DNA of 64,000 nt from Alphaproteobacteria bacterium (GTDB lineage Bacteria > Pseudomonadota > Alphaproteobacteria > Micavibrionales > UBA2020), in the NCBI GenBank assembly GCA_021413445.1, contig JAIOQI010000056.1:5730-69729 (forward strand), in the 5' to 3' direction. Below, one piece after another: positions 38,937 through 50,654 of the stretch (the stretch's first letter is position 1; each line of letters opens with the position of its first letter). Below the pieces are notes generated by a model. The model was not told where the DNA came from and did not search any database. It was given only the letters and a program-made list of their open reading frames with translations. A program made the translations under genes and the position numbers.

Positions 38937-39011
38937 TGGTGCCCGGTGACGGATTTGAACCGCCGACCTTTGGTTTACAAAACCACTGCACTACCGCTGT
39001 GCTAACCGGGC
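38937..39011 (-). tRNA. tRNA-Thr (anticodon UGU)
   Basis: 75 nt folded by hand: acceptor GCCCGGT/ACCGGGC, D-arm GCAC/GTGC, anticodon loop TTTGTAA, T-arm GGCGG-TTCAAAT-CCGTC, encoded CCA. Confidence 0.85.
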
Positions 39012-39114
39012 CTGCCTGTGCTGTTCAGGACTATAGAAAAGTCCCTCTTTTATAAGGAGGTTTCTGGAATTTTCAAGAAAAATTATTCGTCTGTATTCTG
39101 GGGCTCGCCATATA

Positions 39115-39123
39115 TGTTATAAT
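39115..39123 (+). promoter_or_regulatory. extended -10 promoter element (TGtTATAAT) upstream of dotM
   Basis: tgttataat lies 44 nt upstream of the GTG at 39167. Confidence 0.35.
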
Positions 39124-39166
39124 CAGGGTTAGGCTTTTTAATGCTTTAAACGAGGGTCGCCGCAGC

Positions 39167-40345
39167 GTGTCACAACCGCAAAAGAGTCCGCATGAAGATA
39201 TGATCCTGGCCGCCATCGTGTTTGGGCTGCTCTTCGTGATCGTGTGGGCGATCTGGCATTACTTTCACGCACAGCTGACGGACGCCCTGCGCTGGGTGCG
39301 GGTTGGCGAAATGTGGCTCGCGACATTGCTGGTCAAGAGCAACTATGCCGTGGTGGTGCCCAATGCCGGCACGCAGTCCATGCAGGTCTGGCGCGATTGG
39401 CTGCCGAAGGCCAATGTAGGCAATATCGGCATTCCTGAAATCATCGTCACCACTTACCTGGCGGTCCTGCCGCTGCGGCCTATTTTTGTCGGCCTGATCG
39501 GGGTCATGATGCTGTGGGCCATTTTATTCGGGCCCGGCACCAAGTATCGCCGCCGCATGAGCCTTGAAACCCTCATTCAGGAACAGGCGCGCTCTTTTCC
39601 GGCGATTGCGCCGTTTGTCAAATTCGACCCGCGCAAAATGCCCCACCGCGTGCTGGGCGGGGCGGTGCCCTCCAAGCTGCCGATGTTTTCCGAGGCCCTC
39701 TCTCCGGAAGAATGGATCGCCTTCCATGAAATCAAGGTCCAGAACAACCAGATCGACCTGAACCGCGCCCATCAGGCATTGGCGCTGCAATTGGGGAAAC
39801 GCTGGCAGGGCCCGCTCAAGCTGCCGATGCACGCGCAGGCCTTTTACGCGGCCTGCGCCTTGCGCCACGCACGCAAGCGCAAGGAATCCGAGGCTCTCCT
39901 GAACGAGTTGTCCTTGAACTGGACGCCGGACGGCGGGCTGAACCTTCCGTCAAATGTCAAAAGCCAGGTCCGGAGCATCATCAAGGACCCGAAACTGGGC
40001 GGTGCCTTGCAAAAATACGCCGACAAGCACGCCTTTGAAGCGACGGCGCTGCTGCGTTCCCTCGCGCGCGCGCGCGAGGAGGGCGGCGTCCTGGCGCCCG
40101 CTTCGTTCCTGTGGATGCGCGGGCAGGACCGCACGCTGTGGTACCCGATGAACAACCTGGGCCGGAAATCCTATCATCCGGAGGCCGTGGGCGCCCTTGT
40201 GCACTATACGAATGAACTGATCGCCGGGCAGAAGATCCCGACGCCGCGCTTTGACGACGTTATCAAGGGGTTTGAGGCTTTTTTACGCAGCCCGGGTGCG
40301 AGAACGATCCCGCCGCTTGACAAGACCGGCGGCGGCAAACGGTAA
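39167..40345 (+). CDS. dotM: DotM/IcmP (TrbA)-type T4BSS coupling-complex membrane protein
   Basis: 392 aa. N-terminal TM helices plus a ~240-aa cytoplasmic domain. The FLWMRGQDRTLWYPMNNLGRK block resembles remembered DotM. Lies immediately upstream of dotL, as in icmP-icmO. Start is GTG 39167 or ATG 39200. Confidence 0.65.
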   Translation: MSQPQKSPHEDMILAAIVFGLLFVIVWAIWHYFHAQLTDALRWVRVGEMWLATLLVKSNYAVVVPNAGTQSMQVWRDWLPKANVGNIGIPEIIVTTYLAVLPLRPIFVGLIGVMMLWAILFGPGTKYRRRMSLETLIQEQARSFPAIAPFVKFDPRKMPHRVLGGAVPSKLPMFSEALSPEEWIAFHEIKVQNNQIDLNRAHQALALQLGKRWQGPLKLPMHAQAFYAACALRHARKRKESEALLNELSLNWTPDGGLNLPSNVKSQVRSIIKDPKLGGALQKYADKHAFEATALLRSLARAREEGGVLAPASFLWMRGQDRTLWYPMNNLGRKSYHPEAVGALVHYTNELIAGQKIPTPRFDDVIKGFEAFLRSPGARTIPPLDKTGGGKR

Positions 40346-40366
40346 AAGAACCAGAGGGAGTAAGGG

Positions 40367-40780
40367 ATGTTTTTGTTTGCATTGACTTTGGCCATCGTGG
40401 CGGCTGTCCTGGTTTATTTTTTACCGGCGATGGTCGCGATTTCACGGAACCATCTGAACGCCATGGCGATATTCCTGACCAATTTGCTTTTGGGTTGGAC
40501 GGTTCTCGGCTGGGTTGTCGCTTTTATCTGGTCTTTCACAAATAACCCGCTCGCCGCCGCCGATAAGGATGAGCCGGCAATCAAGCTGTGGAAGTTCATA
40601 TTGCTGCTGCTGGTGTTTCTGGTGATGCCGGCATTGGTGGTGATCGGGATTAAAATCAAGCCGGCTAATCATGGTGACGCGACAAGCGCGCCGGTTTCAG
40701 CGCCGGCGCCGGCTGTCGCCCCGGCGCCGCCGGTAAAGATGGGCGTGCCGGTACCGGCGGATGAGTTGTTGGGCAAATAG
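40367..40780 (+). CDS. superinfection-immunity (Imm_superinfect)-like membrane protein with extra TM and Ala/Pro-rich tail
   Basis: 137 aa. The core YFLPAMVAISRNHLNAMAIFLTNLLLGWTVLGWVVAFIWSFTN matches the remembered family signature YFLP..A..R.H.N..AI...NLLLGWT..GW..A..W. Confidence 0.65.
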   Translation: MFLFALTLAIVAAVLVYFLPAMVAISRNHLNAMAIFLTNLLLGWTVLGWVVAFIWSFTNNPLAAADKDEPAIKLWKFILLLLVFLVMPALVVIGIKIKPANHGDATSAPVSAPAPAVAPAPPVKMGVPVPADELLGK

Positions 40781-40798
40781 GGGATAGGGTGGCATTCG

Positions 40799-43279
40799 GT
40801 GGCATTAGACTCTAAATTTGAGTATAAACATGCGGACATCCTCCGCGACGCCCGCCCGTGGCCCGCCCGCTTCGCGGATTCGGCCCGGGATTCTTCCACC
40901 GCGGCGATGGTTTTCGCCATGGGGGGGATCGCCGTCCTTACGGATCCGACCGTGGCCCTCCTGGCGGATCTGATTTTCTTTGTGATGTTCGTTTATTTCC
41001 TGTGGCTGTTAAAACAGAAAATGACGCTGCCATTCAAGCTGCCGAAATCCGCTGGCATCAAGGATAACAATTACAAGCGTCCGGACGGATCCTTCGGCAT
41101 GGCGGACGGCATTCTTTATCTCGGCAACGACAAGAAAACCGGCGAAGAAGTGTGGTTCACCAACAACGATGCGCGGACGCACTGCCTTTATCTCGGCACC
41201 ACCGGGTCGGGCAAGACCTTCGGCCTGAAGTCCTTTTCCTGCAACGCCCTGTGCTGGGCTTCCGGCTACATCTACATCGACGGCAAGGCCGACACCGATT
41301 TGTGGAGCACGCTCTCCGCCCAGGCGCGGCGTTTCGGCCGCGACGACGACATACTAATCATGAACTACATGACCGGCGGGGTCGGCGGGCAGGTGCCGTC
41401 GAATACCCTGAACCCGTTTTCGGCAGGCTCCGCCTCCTACCTCACCAACATGCTGGTGAGCCTGATGCCGGATTCCGAAGGCGATAACGCGATGTGGAAA
41501 GACCGCGCCGTCGCCCTGGTCAGCGCCATCATGCCCTGCCTGGTGTGGAAGCGCGACAAACAGAATCTGCCGCTCAACATCGGCACGGTGCGTACCTATC
41601 TTGTCTTCAAGGCGGTCATCAAGCTGTCGCGCGACCAGTTCGTTCCGGATCACCTGCGACGCGGCCTGCAAGGCTACCTTAATGAACTGCCCGGCTATGT
41701 CGATACCGCCTTTGACGATGAGGGCAACGAAAAGCCGCAGGCCGACGGCAGCATGCCGGATACCTCCACGCCGCGGCAGCAGCACGGTTACCTGTCGATG
41801 CAGTTCACGCGCGCCATGTCGTCGCTGGGGGACGATTACGGCTTTATCTTCGAAACGCCGGCGGCGGACGTCGATATGCTCGACGTGGTGCTCAACCGGC
41901 GCATCCTGATTGTGCTGATCCCCGCGCTGGAAAAATCCAGCGATGAAACGGCCAACCTCGGTAAAATTATTTCCTCGACCCTGAAGGGGATGATGGGCCA
42001 GACGCTCGGCAGCACGGTGGAGGGCGATTCGGCGACCGTCATCGAGAACAAGGTGACCACTTCCTCGACTCCGTTCATGGCGATCTTTGACGAGGTCGGC
42101 TACTACGTCGCGCAGGGTATGGCGGTGATGGCCGCCCAGGCCCGAAGCCTCGGGTTCTCCCTGGTCTTCGCCGCGCAGGATATGCCGGCGCTGGAAAAGC
42201 GCGTCAAGGAAGAAGCGCGATCCATCACGGCGAACTGTAACATCAAGCTGTTCGGCAAACTCGAGGATCCGACCTCCACCAAGGAATTCTTTGAAAAGAC
42301 CGTCGGCCAGGCGATGGTGACGGAAGTCTCCGGCTTCGAGCGCGACAAGGGCGGGGGTTCCGGTTATTCCAGTTCGCAGAACGCCAGCGTGCAGGTGCGC
42401 GCGCGCGCCAGCTATGAGCAGTTGAAGGGTTTTGTCGAGGGTCAGGCGGTCTGCGCTTTCGGCAAGAGCGTGAAGGAAATGCAGCTGTATAACTCCGACA
42501 TCGGGCACGCCAAGGCGATGCGCGTGCACCGCTTCCTGCCCGTGCCGCCGCCGTCCGGGGACGAGCTGATGAGCCTGCACCAGATCGACGACGTGCTGAC
42601 CCGCTTCCGCAACCCGCAGTGGAACCCGGAGCAGACGCCGCTGGCCGCCCATGCGGATATCAAGGCGATGGCGCATGGGTTTTCCGATGCCAAGAAGGCG
42701 AATTCAACGCTGCTTGAATGCGGGGCCCTGTCCGTGGCTGCCGTGGCCGAGGCGCATGGCACGATCAGCCCCGGTGATGTTTCCGAGGAGGCGCCGGCCG
42801 TCCCGGCAGCGCCGGAAGCGGGCATGACGGCGACGCGACCGGTATCCGCCGGACGCCGCGTTGCGCCGCCGGTGGAGGAAGCGGAAAAGGCTGCTGCTGC
42901 GGCTGTGGCCAAGGCCGGCGGCCCATTGAGCTGGAGCGAATTGATCGGCTCCGCCGAGGCATCGAAACTCGAAGCCCCGGGTGCGCCGCCGCTGCGGCGC
43001 GACCCGCCGGTGCTGGAATCGCCTGCGCCGGAATCGTCGGCGCCGCCGGTGGCGATGGCTGAGGAAGAGGCCGCATCACAGATCGGCGCGCCGATCAGCT
43101 GGGGGGATATTATCGGGATGGCCTCGGCCGAAGCGCCGGCAGCGCCGCCGCCGGCGGAGAAGAAGAAGGCGGCGCCGCCGCTTGAGGAAGAAGGGCCCCT
43201 GTTGCCGATCAGCTGGGCCGATGTGCTGGGCATGCCGCCCGGGGATAATTCTGGCGAGAATGCCGCAGGAGGTGGATGA
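40799..43279 (+). CDS. dotL: DotL/IcmO (TrbC)-type type IV coupling protein ATPase with long repeat-bearing tail
   Basis: 826 aa. N-terminus ...LRDARPWPARFADSARD..., TM helices, Walker A LGTTGSGKTFGLK and a ~200-aa Ala/Pro/Glu-rich C-terminal tail. Confidence 0.8.
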   Translation: MALDSKFEYKHADILRDARPWPARFADSARDSSTAAMVFAMGGIAVLTDPTVALLADLIFFVMFVYFLWLLKQKMTLPFKLPKSAGIKDNNYKRPDGSFGMADGILYLGNDKKTGEEVWFTNNDARTHCLYLGTTGSGKTFGLKSFSCNALCWASGYIYIDGKADTDLWSTLSAQARRFGRDDDILIMNYMTGGVGGQVPSNTLNPFSAGSASYLTNMLVSLMPDSEGDNAMWKDRAVALVSAIMPCLVWKRDKQNLPLNIGTVRTYLVFKAVIKLSRDQFVPDHLRRGLQGYLNELPGYVDTAFDDEGNEKPQADGSMPDTSTPRQQHGYLSMQFTRAMSSLGDDYGFIFETPAADVDMLDVVLNRRILIVLIPALEKSSDETANLGKIISSTLKGMMGQTLGSTVEGDSATVIENKVTTSSTPFMAIFDEVGYYVAQGMAVMAAQARSLGFSLVFAAQDMPALEKRVKEEARSITANCNIKLFGKLEDPTSTKEFFEKTVGQAMVTEVSGFERDKGGGSGYSSSQNASVQVRARASYEQLKGFVEGQAVCAFGKSVKEMQLYNSDIGHAKAMRVHRFLPVPPPSGDELMSLHQIDDVLTRFRNPQWNPEQTPLAAHADIKAMAHGFSDAKKANSTLLECGALSVAAVAEAHGTISPGDVSEEAPAVPAAPEAGMTATRPVSAGRRVAPPVEEAEKAAAAAVAKAGGPLSWSELIGSAEASKLEAPGAPPLRRDPPVLESPAPESSAPPVAMAEEEAASQIGAPISWGDIIGMASAEAPAAPPPAEKKKAAPPLEEEGPLLPISWADVLGMPPGDNSGENAAGGG

Positions 43280-43596
43280 TGGATGTATTACGGACCCTGA
43301 GCCGGATTTTTGTGGTGCTGACGCTGTTGCTGGCTTTATACGACCTCGTCTATCAGTGGGCCGTCAAGGCGCAGATGAAAATCCGCACGGTCCAGGAGAT
43401 GTGGACCGACGGCCTCGGCAAGGAGAGTTTCGAGGCGGGGGAAAAATCCCTCCAGTCCTTGCTGTCGCAGGAACATGTTCACTCCCTGATGCAAATGCCC
43501 ACGCCGGTCGTAACCGGCATCGCGGCGGTGTTCTTTTACGTTATTTACCGCGCCCTGTTGTTCGTGACCGGCAAGGACAAAAGCCAGAGAATTTAG
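43276..43596 (+). CDS. small two-TM membrane protein translationally coupled to dotL
   Basis: 106 aa. ATGA overlap with the dotL stop. Hydrophobic helices at both ends. No family recognised. Confidence 0.5.
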   Translation: MMDVLRTLSRIFVVLTLLLALYDLVYQWAVKAQMKIRTVQEMWTDGLGKESFEAGEKSLQSLLSQEHVHSLMQMPTPVVTGIAAVFFYVIYRALLFVTGKDKSQRI

Positions 43597-43608
43597 GGTT
43601 GATCCTTT

Positions 43609-46819
<3,211 letters not shown>

Positions 46820-46957
46820 CTAACACTTCTGAACGGATGTGGCATCTGTGTGTTTTCGCGCCCCAGTTTTACATAGTGGGAAAGCAGATTAGAATGCTGA
46901 GTTTCTTCGTGAATGATAGTAATATAATCCTACCGTTTTTGCGGGTGCAGGGGCGAC

Positions 46958-48385
46958 ATGAGCGACAGCATAAAATTCATTCTGAACGACAGCGTGCGGG
47001 AAGTTTCCGGCCTGCCGCCGACCACGACCATTTTGCAATACCTGCGGATGCAGGAGCGCCTGACGGGAACCAAGGAAGGCTGCGCCGAGGGGGATTGCGG
47101 CGCCTGCACCGTGATCGTCGGTGAACTGGCCGGGGATAAAGCTTCCTATCAGGCCGTCAACGCCTGCATCGTCTTCCTGCCGACGCTGGACGGGCGGCAC
47201 ATCATCACGGTCGAGCACCTAAAAATGAACCCGGTGCAGAAGGCGATGGTCTCCTGCCACGGCTCGCAGTGCGGATTCTGCACCCCCGGCTTCGTGATGT
47301 CGTTGAGCGCCCTGCTGCATAACAAATCAGATGCCAGCGAGGAAAATATCCAGGACGCGATTGCCGGAAACCTCTGCCGCTGCACCGGCTACCGCCCGAT
47401 TTTGGACGCGGCCCGTGCCGCCAATAAGGCGGAAGAGCGTCATCTGGCTTCGGACGTCAAAACGCTCAAGACAGTGCAGCGCCAGAAAATGTTCGCTTAT
47501 GAAGATGCGGGCAAAAAATTCTTTTCCCCCCGCACGGTGAAGGAGCTGGCGGAGATTCTGGCGCTTTACCCCGAAGCCACGCTGCTGGCGGGCGGCACTG
47601 ATGTCGGGCTCTGGGTCACCAAGCAGCATCTGGCGCTCAATACCATCATTTATACCGGCAACGTGGTCGAGCTGCGGCAGATCGGCAAAACCCCGGCGGG
47701 GCTGGAGATCGGCGGCGCGGTCAGCTACGCACGCGCCTTTGATGCGCTGGCGGCCTATGACGAAAGCCTCGAAGAATTGCTGCGCCGGCTGGGCTCGACG
47801 CAGGTCAGGAACCTCGGCACCGTCGGCGGCAATATCGCCAACGGCTCGCCGATCGGCGACGGCATGCCGCCCCTGATCGCGCTTCAGGCGAAGCTGGTCC
47901 TGCGCTCGAAAGAGGGCGCGCGGACCCTGCCGCTGGAAGATTTTTTCCTTGCTTACAGGAAACAGGATAAGAAACCGGGCGAGTTTGTCGAAAAAATCAT
48001 TGTGCCGGCGAAGCCGAAGAATGTGCTGTTCAAGACTTATAAAATTTCCAAGCGCTTCGATCAGGATATTTCCGCGGTCTGCGGCGCTTTCGCGCTGACG
48101 ATGAAGGGTAATATCATTGAAAGCGCCCGCATCGCGTACGGCGGCATGGCGGCGACGCCGAAACGCACCGCTAAAACTGAAAAAGTTCTGCTGGGAAAGA
48201 AATGGACGGAAGAAACCGTGCGGCAGGCGATGGCGGCTATGCCTGAGGATTTTTTGCCGCTGAGCGATATGCGCGCCAGCGCCGAATACCGCGCCACAGT
48301 GGCGGCCAATCTCCTCTACCGCTTTTATCTTGAAACGACGGACGCAAAAACCGCAACGAGGGTTTATAATTATGCCGAGGATTAA
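46958..48385 (+). CDS. xdhA: xanthine dehydrogenase small subunit (2Fe-2S + FAD)
   Basis: 475 aa. Motifs CAEGDCGACTV and CRCTGYRPI, followed by an FAD-binding domain. Confidence 0.9.
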   Translation: MSDSIKFILNDSVREVSGLPPTTTILQYLRMQERLTGTKEGCAEGDCGACTVIVGELAGDKASYQAVNACIVFLPTLDGRHIITVEHLKMNPVQKAMVSCHGSQCGFCTPGFVMSLSALLHNKSDASEENIQDAIAGNLCRCTGYRPILDAARAANKAEERHLASDVKTLKTVQRQKMFAYEDAGKKFFSPRTVKELAEILALYPEATLLAGGTDVGLWVTKQHLALNTIIYTGNVVELRQIGKTPAGLEIGGAVSYARAFDALAAYDESLEELLRRLGSTQVRNLGTVGGNIANGSPIGDGMPPLIALQAKLVLRSKEGARTLPLEDFFLAYRKQDKKPGEFVEKIIVPAKPKNVLFKTYKISKRFDQDISAVCGAFALTMKGNIIESARIAYGGMAATPKRTAKTEKVLLGKKWTEETVRQAMAAMPEDFLPLSDMRASAEYRATVAANLLYRFYLETTDAKTATRVYNYAED

Positions 48386-50654
48386 GGGCGGCATCGGCGA
48401 TCCCCTGCCGCATGACAGCGCCGAGCTGCATGTCACCGGCGCGGCGACCTATACCGACGACATCCTGGAGCCGGCGGGCTGCCTGCACGCCTATATCCTG
48501 AAAAGCCCCCACGCCCATGCGCATATCAAGAAAATCGACACGTCGGCCTGCCGTATTCCCGGTGTGCATGCGGTACTGACGGCGGAGGATATTCCCGGCG
48601 TCAACGACGTGGCGCCGGTTTTTGCCGGCGACCGCCTCTTTGCCGTGAGAACGGTGCTGTTTGCGGGTCAGTCGGTGCTGGCGGTGGCGGCGGAGAGCAT
48701 TGAGCTTGCGCGGCAGGCGGCGATGAAAGCCGTTGTCGAATACGAAGAGCTCCCCGCCATCCTGACCGTGCATGAGGCGCTGAAGAAAAAGAAATTCGTC
48801 GGCGAGCCTTATGTGATGCAGCGCGGGAACTGCGACAGCGCCATCGCCAATGCCAGCCACAAGCTGAGCGGCGCGCTGGACATCGGCGGGCAGAACCATT
48901 TTTACCTCGAAGGCCAGATCGCGCTGGCGACCCCGCTGGAGAATGGGGAGATGCATTGCTGGTCCTCCACCCAGCATCCTTCCGAAGTCCAGCACCTGAT
49001 CGCCAAAGTGCTCGGCATCGCCGATCACAACGTGACGGTCGAAGTGCGGCGCATGGGCGGCGGCTTCGGCGGCAAGGAGAGCAAGGCGTCGCTGATCGCC
49101 TGCGCCGCGTCGCTGCTGGCGCGCAAGACCGGGCGGCCGGTCAAGCTGCGGCTCGACCGCGACGACGACATGATTATGACCGGCAACCGCCATGACCTGC
49201 ATGCTGCCTACGAAGTCGGGTTCAACGATGACGGCGTGATCGAGGGTATCGACATCACCCATGCCATCAACTGCGGCATGTCGGCGGATTTATCGAATGC
49301 GATTGCCGACCGCGCCATGTTCCATTCCGACAACGCCTATTATTTGAAAAACGCCCGCATCACCAGCTACCGCTGTTTCACCAACAAGGTGTCGAACACC
49401 GCCTTCCGCGGCTTCGGCGGGCCGCAGGGGATGCTGTTCATCGAATATATCATCGACGACATCGCCCGCGCTCTGGGCAAGGACCCGCTCGCGGTCCGCA
49501 AAGCCAACCTTTACGACCCCAAGGGCAAGACGGGCAAACGCTGCCTGACTCCTTATTACATGAAGGTCGAAGACAGCATCACCGACAAGATTTTCACCCA
49601 GCTGGAAAAAAGCGGCAGCTATGCCAAGCGGGTGAAAGAAACCAAGGCGTTCAACGCCAAGAACAAAATCCTGAAAAAAGGCATCGCCCTGACGCCGGTC
49701 AAGTTCGGGATCAGCTTCACCCTGACCCCGCTCAATCAGGCGGGCGCTTTGATTCACGTCTATAAGGACGGCAGCATCCATCTTAACCACGGCGGCACGG
49801 AGATGGGGCAGGGGCTTTATACCAAGGTGGCGCAGGTGGTCGCCGATGAATTCAAGGTCGGTATCGACCGGGTCAAGATCACGGCGACCAGCACCGGAAA
49901 AGTGCCGAATACCTCGGCGACAGCCGCTTCCAGCGGTTCCGACCTGAATGGCAAGGCGGCGCAGGCGGCGGCGCAGACCATCAAGCAGCGGCTGATCGAT
50001 TTCTCCGCCGGACATTTCAAGGTGAAGAAATCAGCGGTCGTCTTTAAAAAGGACGGCATCCATATCGGCAGGAAGGTCTTGTCACTGAAAGAATTGGTGC
50101 AACTGGCCTATGCCAACCGCATTTCCCTGTCATCGACGGGGTTTTACAAGACGCCGGACATTCATTGGGACCGCAAGGCGGCGAAGGGCAGGCCGTTCTT
50201 CTATTTCGCCTACGGCGCGGCGCTGTCGGAGGTGATCGTCGATACGCTGACCGGGGAATATAACATCCTGCGTTGCGACATCCTGCATGACGTCGGGCGC
50301 TCGATCAATCCGGCCATCGACATCGGCCAGATCGAGGGCGCATTTGTGCAGGGCGCCGGGTGGCTGACCTCCGAGGAGCTGTGGTGGGATGCCAAGGGCG
50401 TCATGAAAACCCACGCGCCGAGCACTTATAAAATTCCGACCGGGCGCGACATCCCTAAGGATTTCCGCGTCCAGCTTTTTGACGGCGAAAATCAGGAAGA
50501 CACCGTTTACCGCTCCAAGGCGGTCGGTGAGCCGCCGCTGATGCTGGGAATTTCCGTCTTTCTGGCGATCAAGGATGCTGTTGCCTCGGTGAAGGGCCGG
50601 CCGCAGCTGAACGCGCCCGCCACGCCGGAAGAAGTTTTGAGGGCTTTGCGATGA
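48372..50654 (+). CDS. xdhB: xanthine dehydrogenase molybdopterin-binding subunit
   Basis: About 760 aa. Typical XdhB blocks (GGGFGGKE, AFRGFGGPQG). ATG 48372 overlaps the xdhA end. Confidence 0.9.
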   Translation: MPRIKGGIGDPLPHDSAELHVTGAATYTDDILEPAGCLHAYILKSPHAHAHIKKIDTSACRIPGVHAVLTAEDIPGVNDVAPVFAGDRLFAVRTVLFAGQSVLAVAAESIELARQAAMKAVVEYEELPAILTVHEALKKKKFVGEPYVMQRGNCDSAIANASHKLSGALDIGGQNHFYLEGQIALATPLENGEMHCWSSTQHPSEVQHLIAKVLGIADHNVTVEVRRMGGGFGGKESKASLIACAASLLARKTGRPVKLRLDRDDDMIMTGNRHDLHAAYEVGFNDDGVIEGIDITHAINCGMSADLSNAIADRAMFHSDNAYYLKNARITSYRCFTNKVSNTAFRGFGGPQGMLFIEYIIDDIARALGKDPLAVRKANLYDPKGKTGKRCLTPYYMKVEDSITDKIFTQLEKSGSYAKRVKETKAFNAKNKILKKGIALTPVKFGISFTLTPLNQAGALIHVYKDGSIHLNHGGTEMGQGLYTKVAQVVADEFKVGIDRVKITATSTGKVPNTSATAASSGSDLNGKAAQAAAQTIKQRLIDFSAGHFKVKKSAVVFKKDGIHIGRKVLSLKELVQLAYANRISLSSTGFYKTPDIHWDRKAAKGRPFFYFAYGAALSEVIVDTLTGEYNILRCDILHDVGRSINPAIDIGQIEGAFVQGAGWLTSEELWWDAKGVMKTHAPSTYKIPTGRDIPKDFRVQLFDGENQEDTVYRSKAVGEPPLMLGISVFLAIKDAVASVKGRPQLNAPATPEEVLRALR

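Noticed and set aside
38937-39011. Reading the tRNA anticodon as GTA (tRNA-Tyr).
   Set aside because: With a 5-bp anticodon stem and a 7-nt loop (TTTGTAA), positions 34-36 are TGT. The molecule also lacks the long variable arm of bacterial tRNA-Tyr. It is called tRNA-Thr(UGU).
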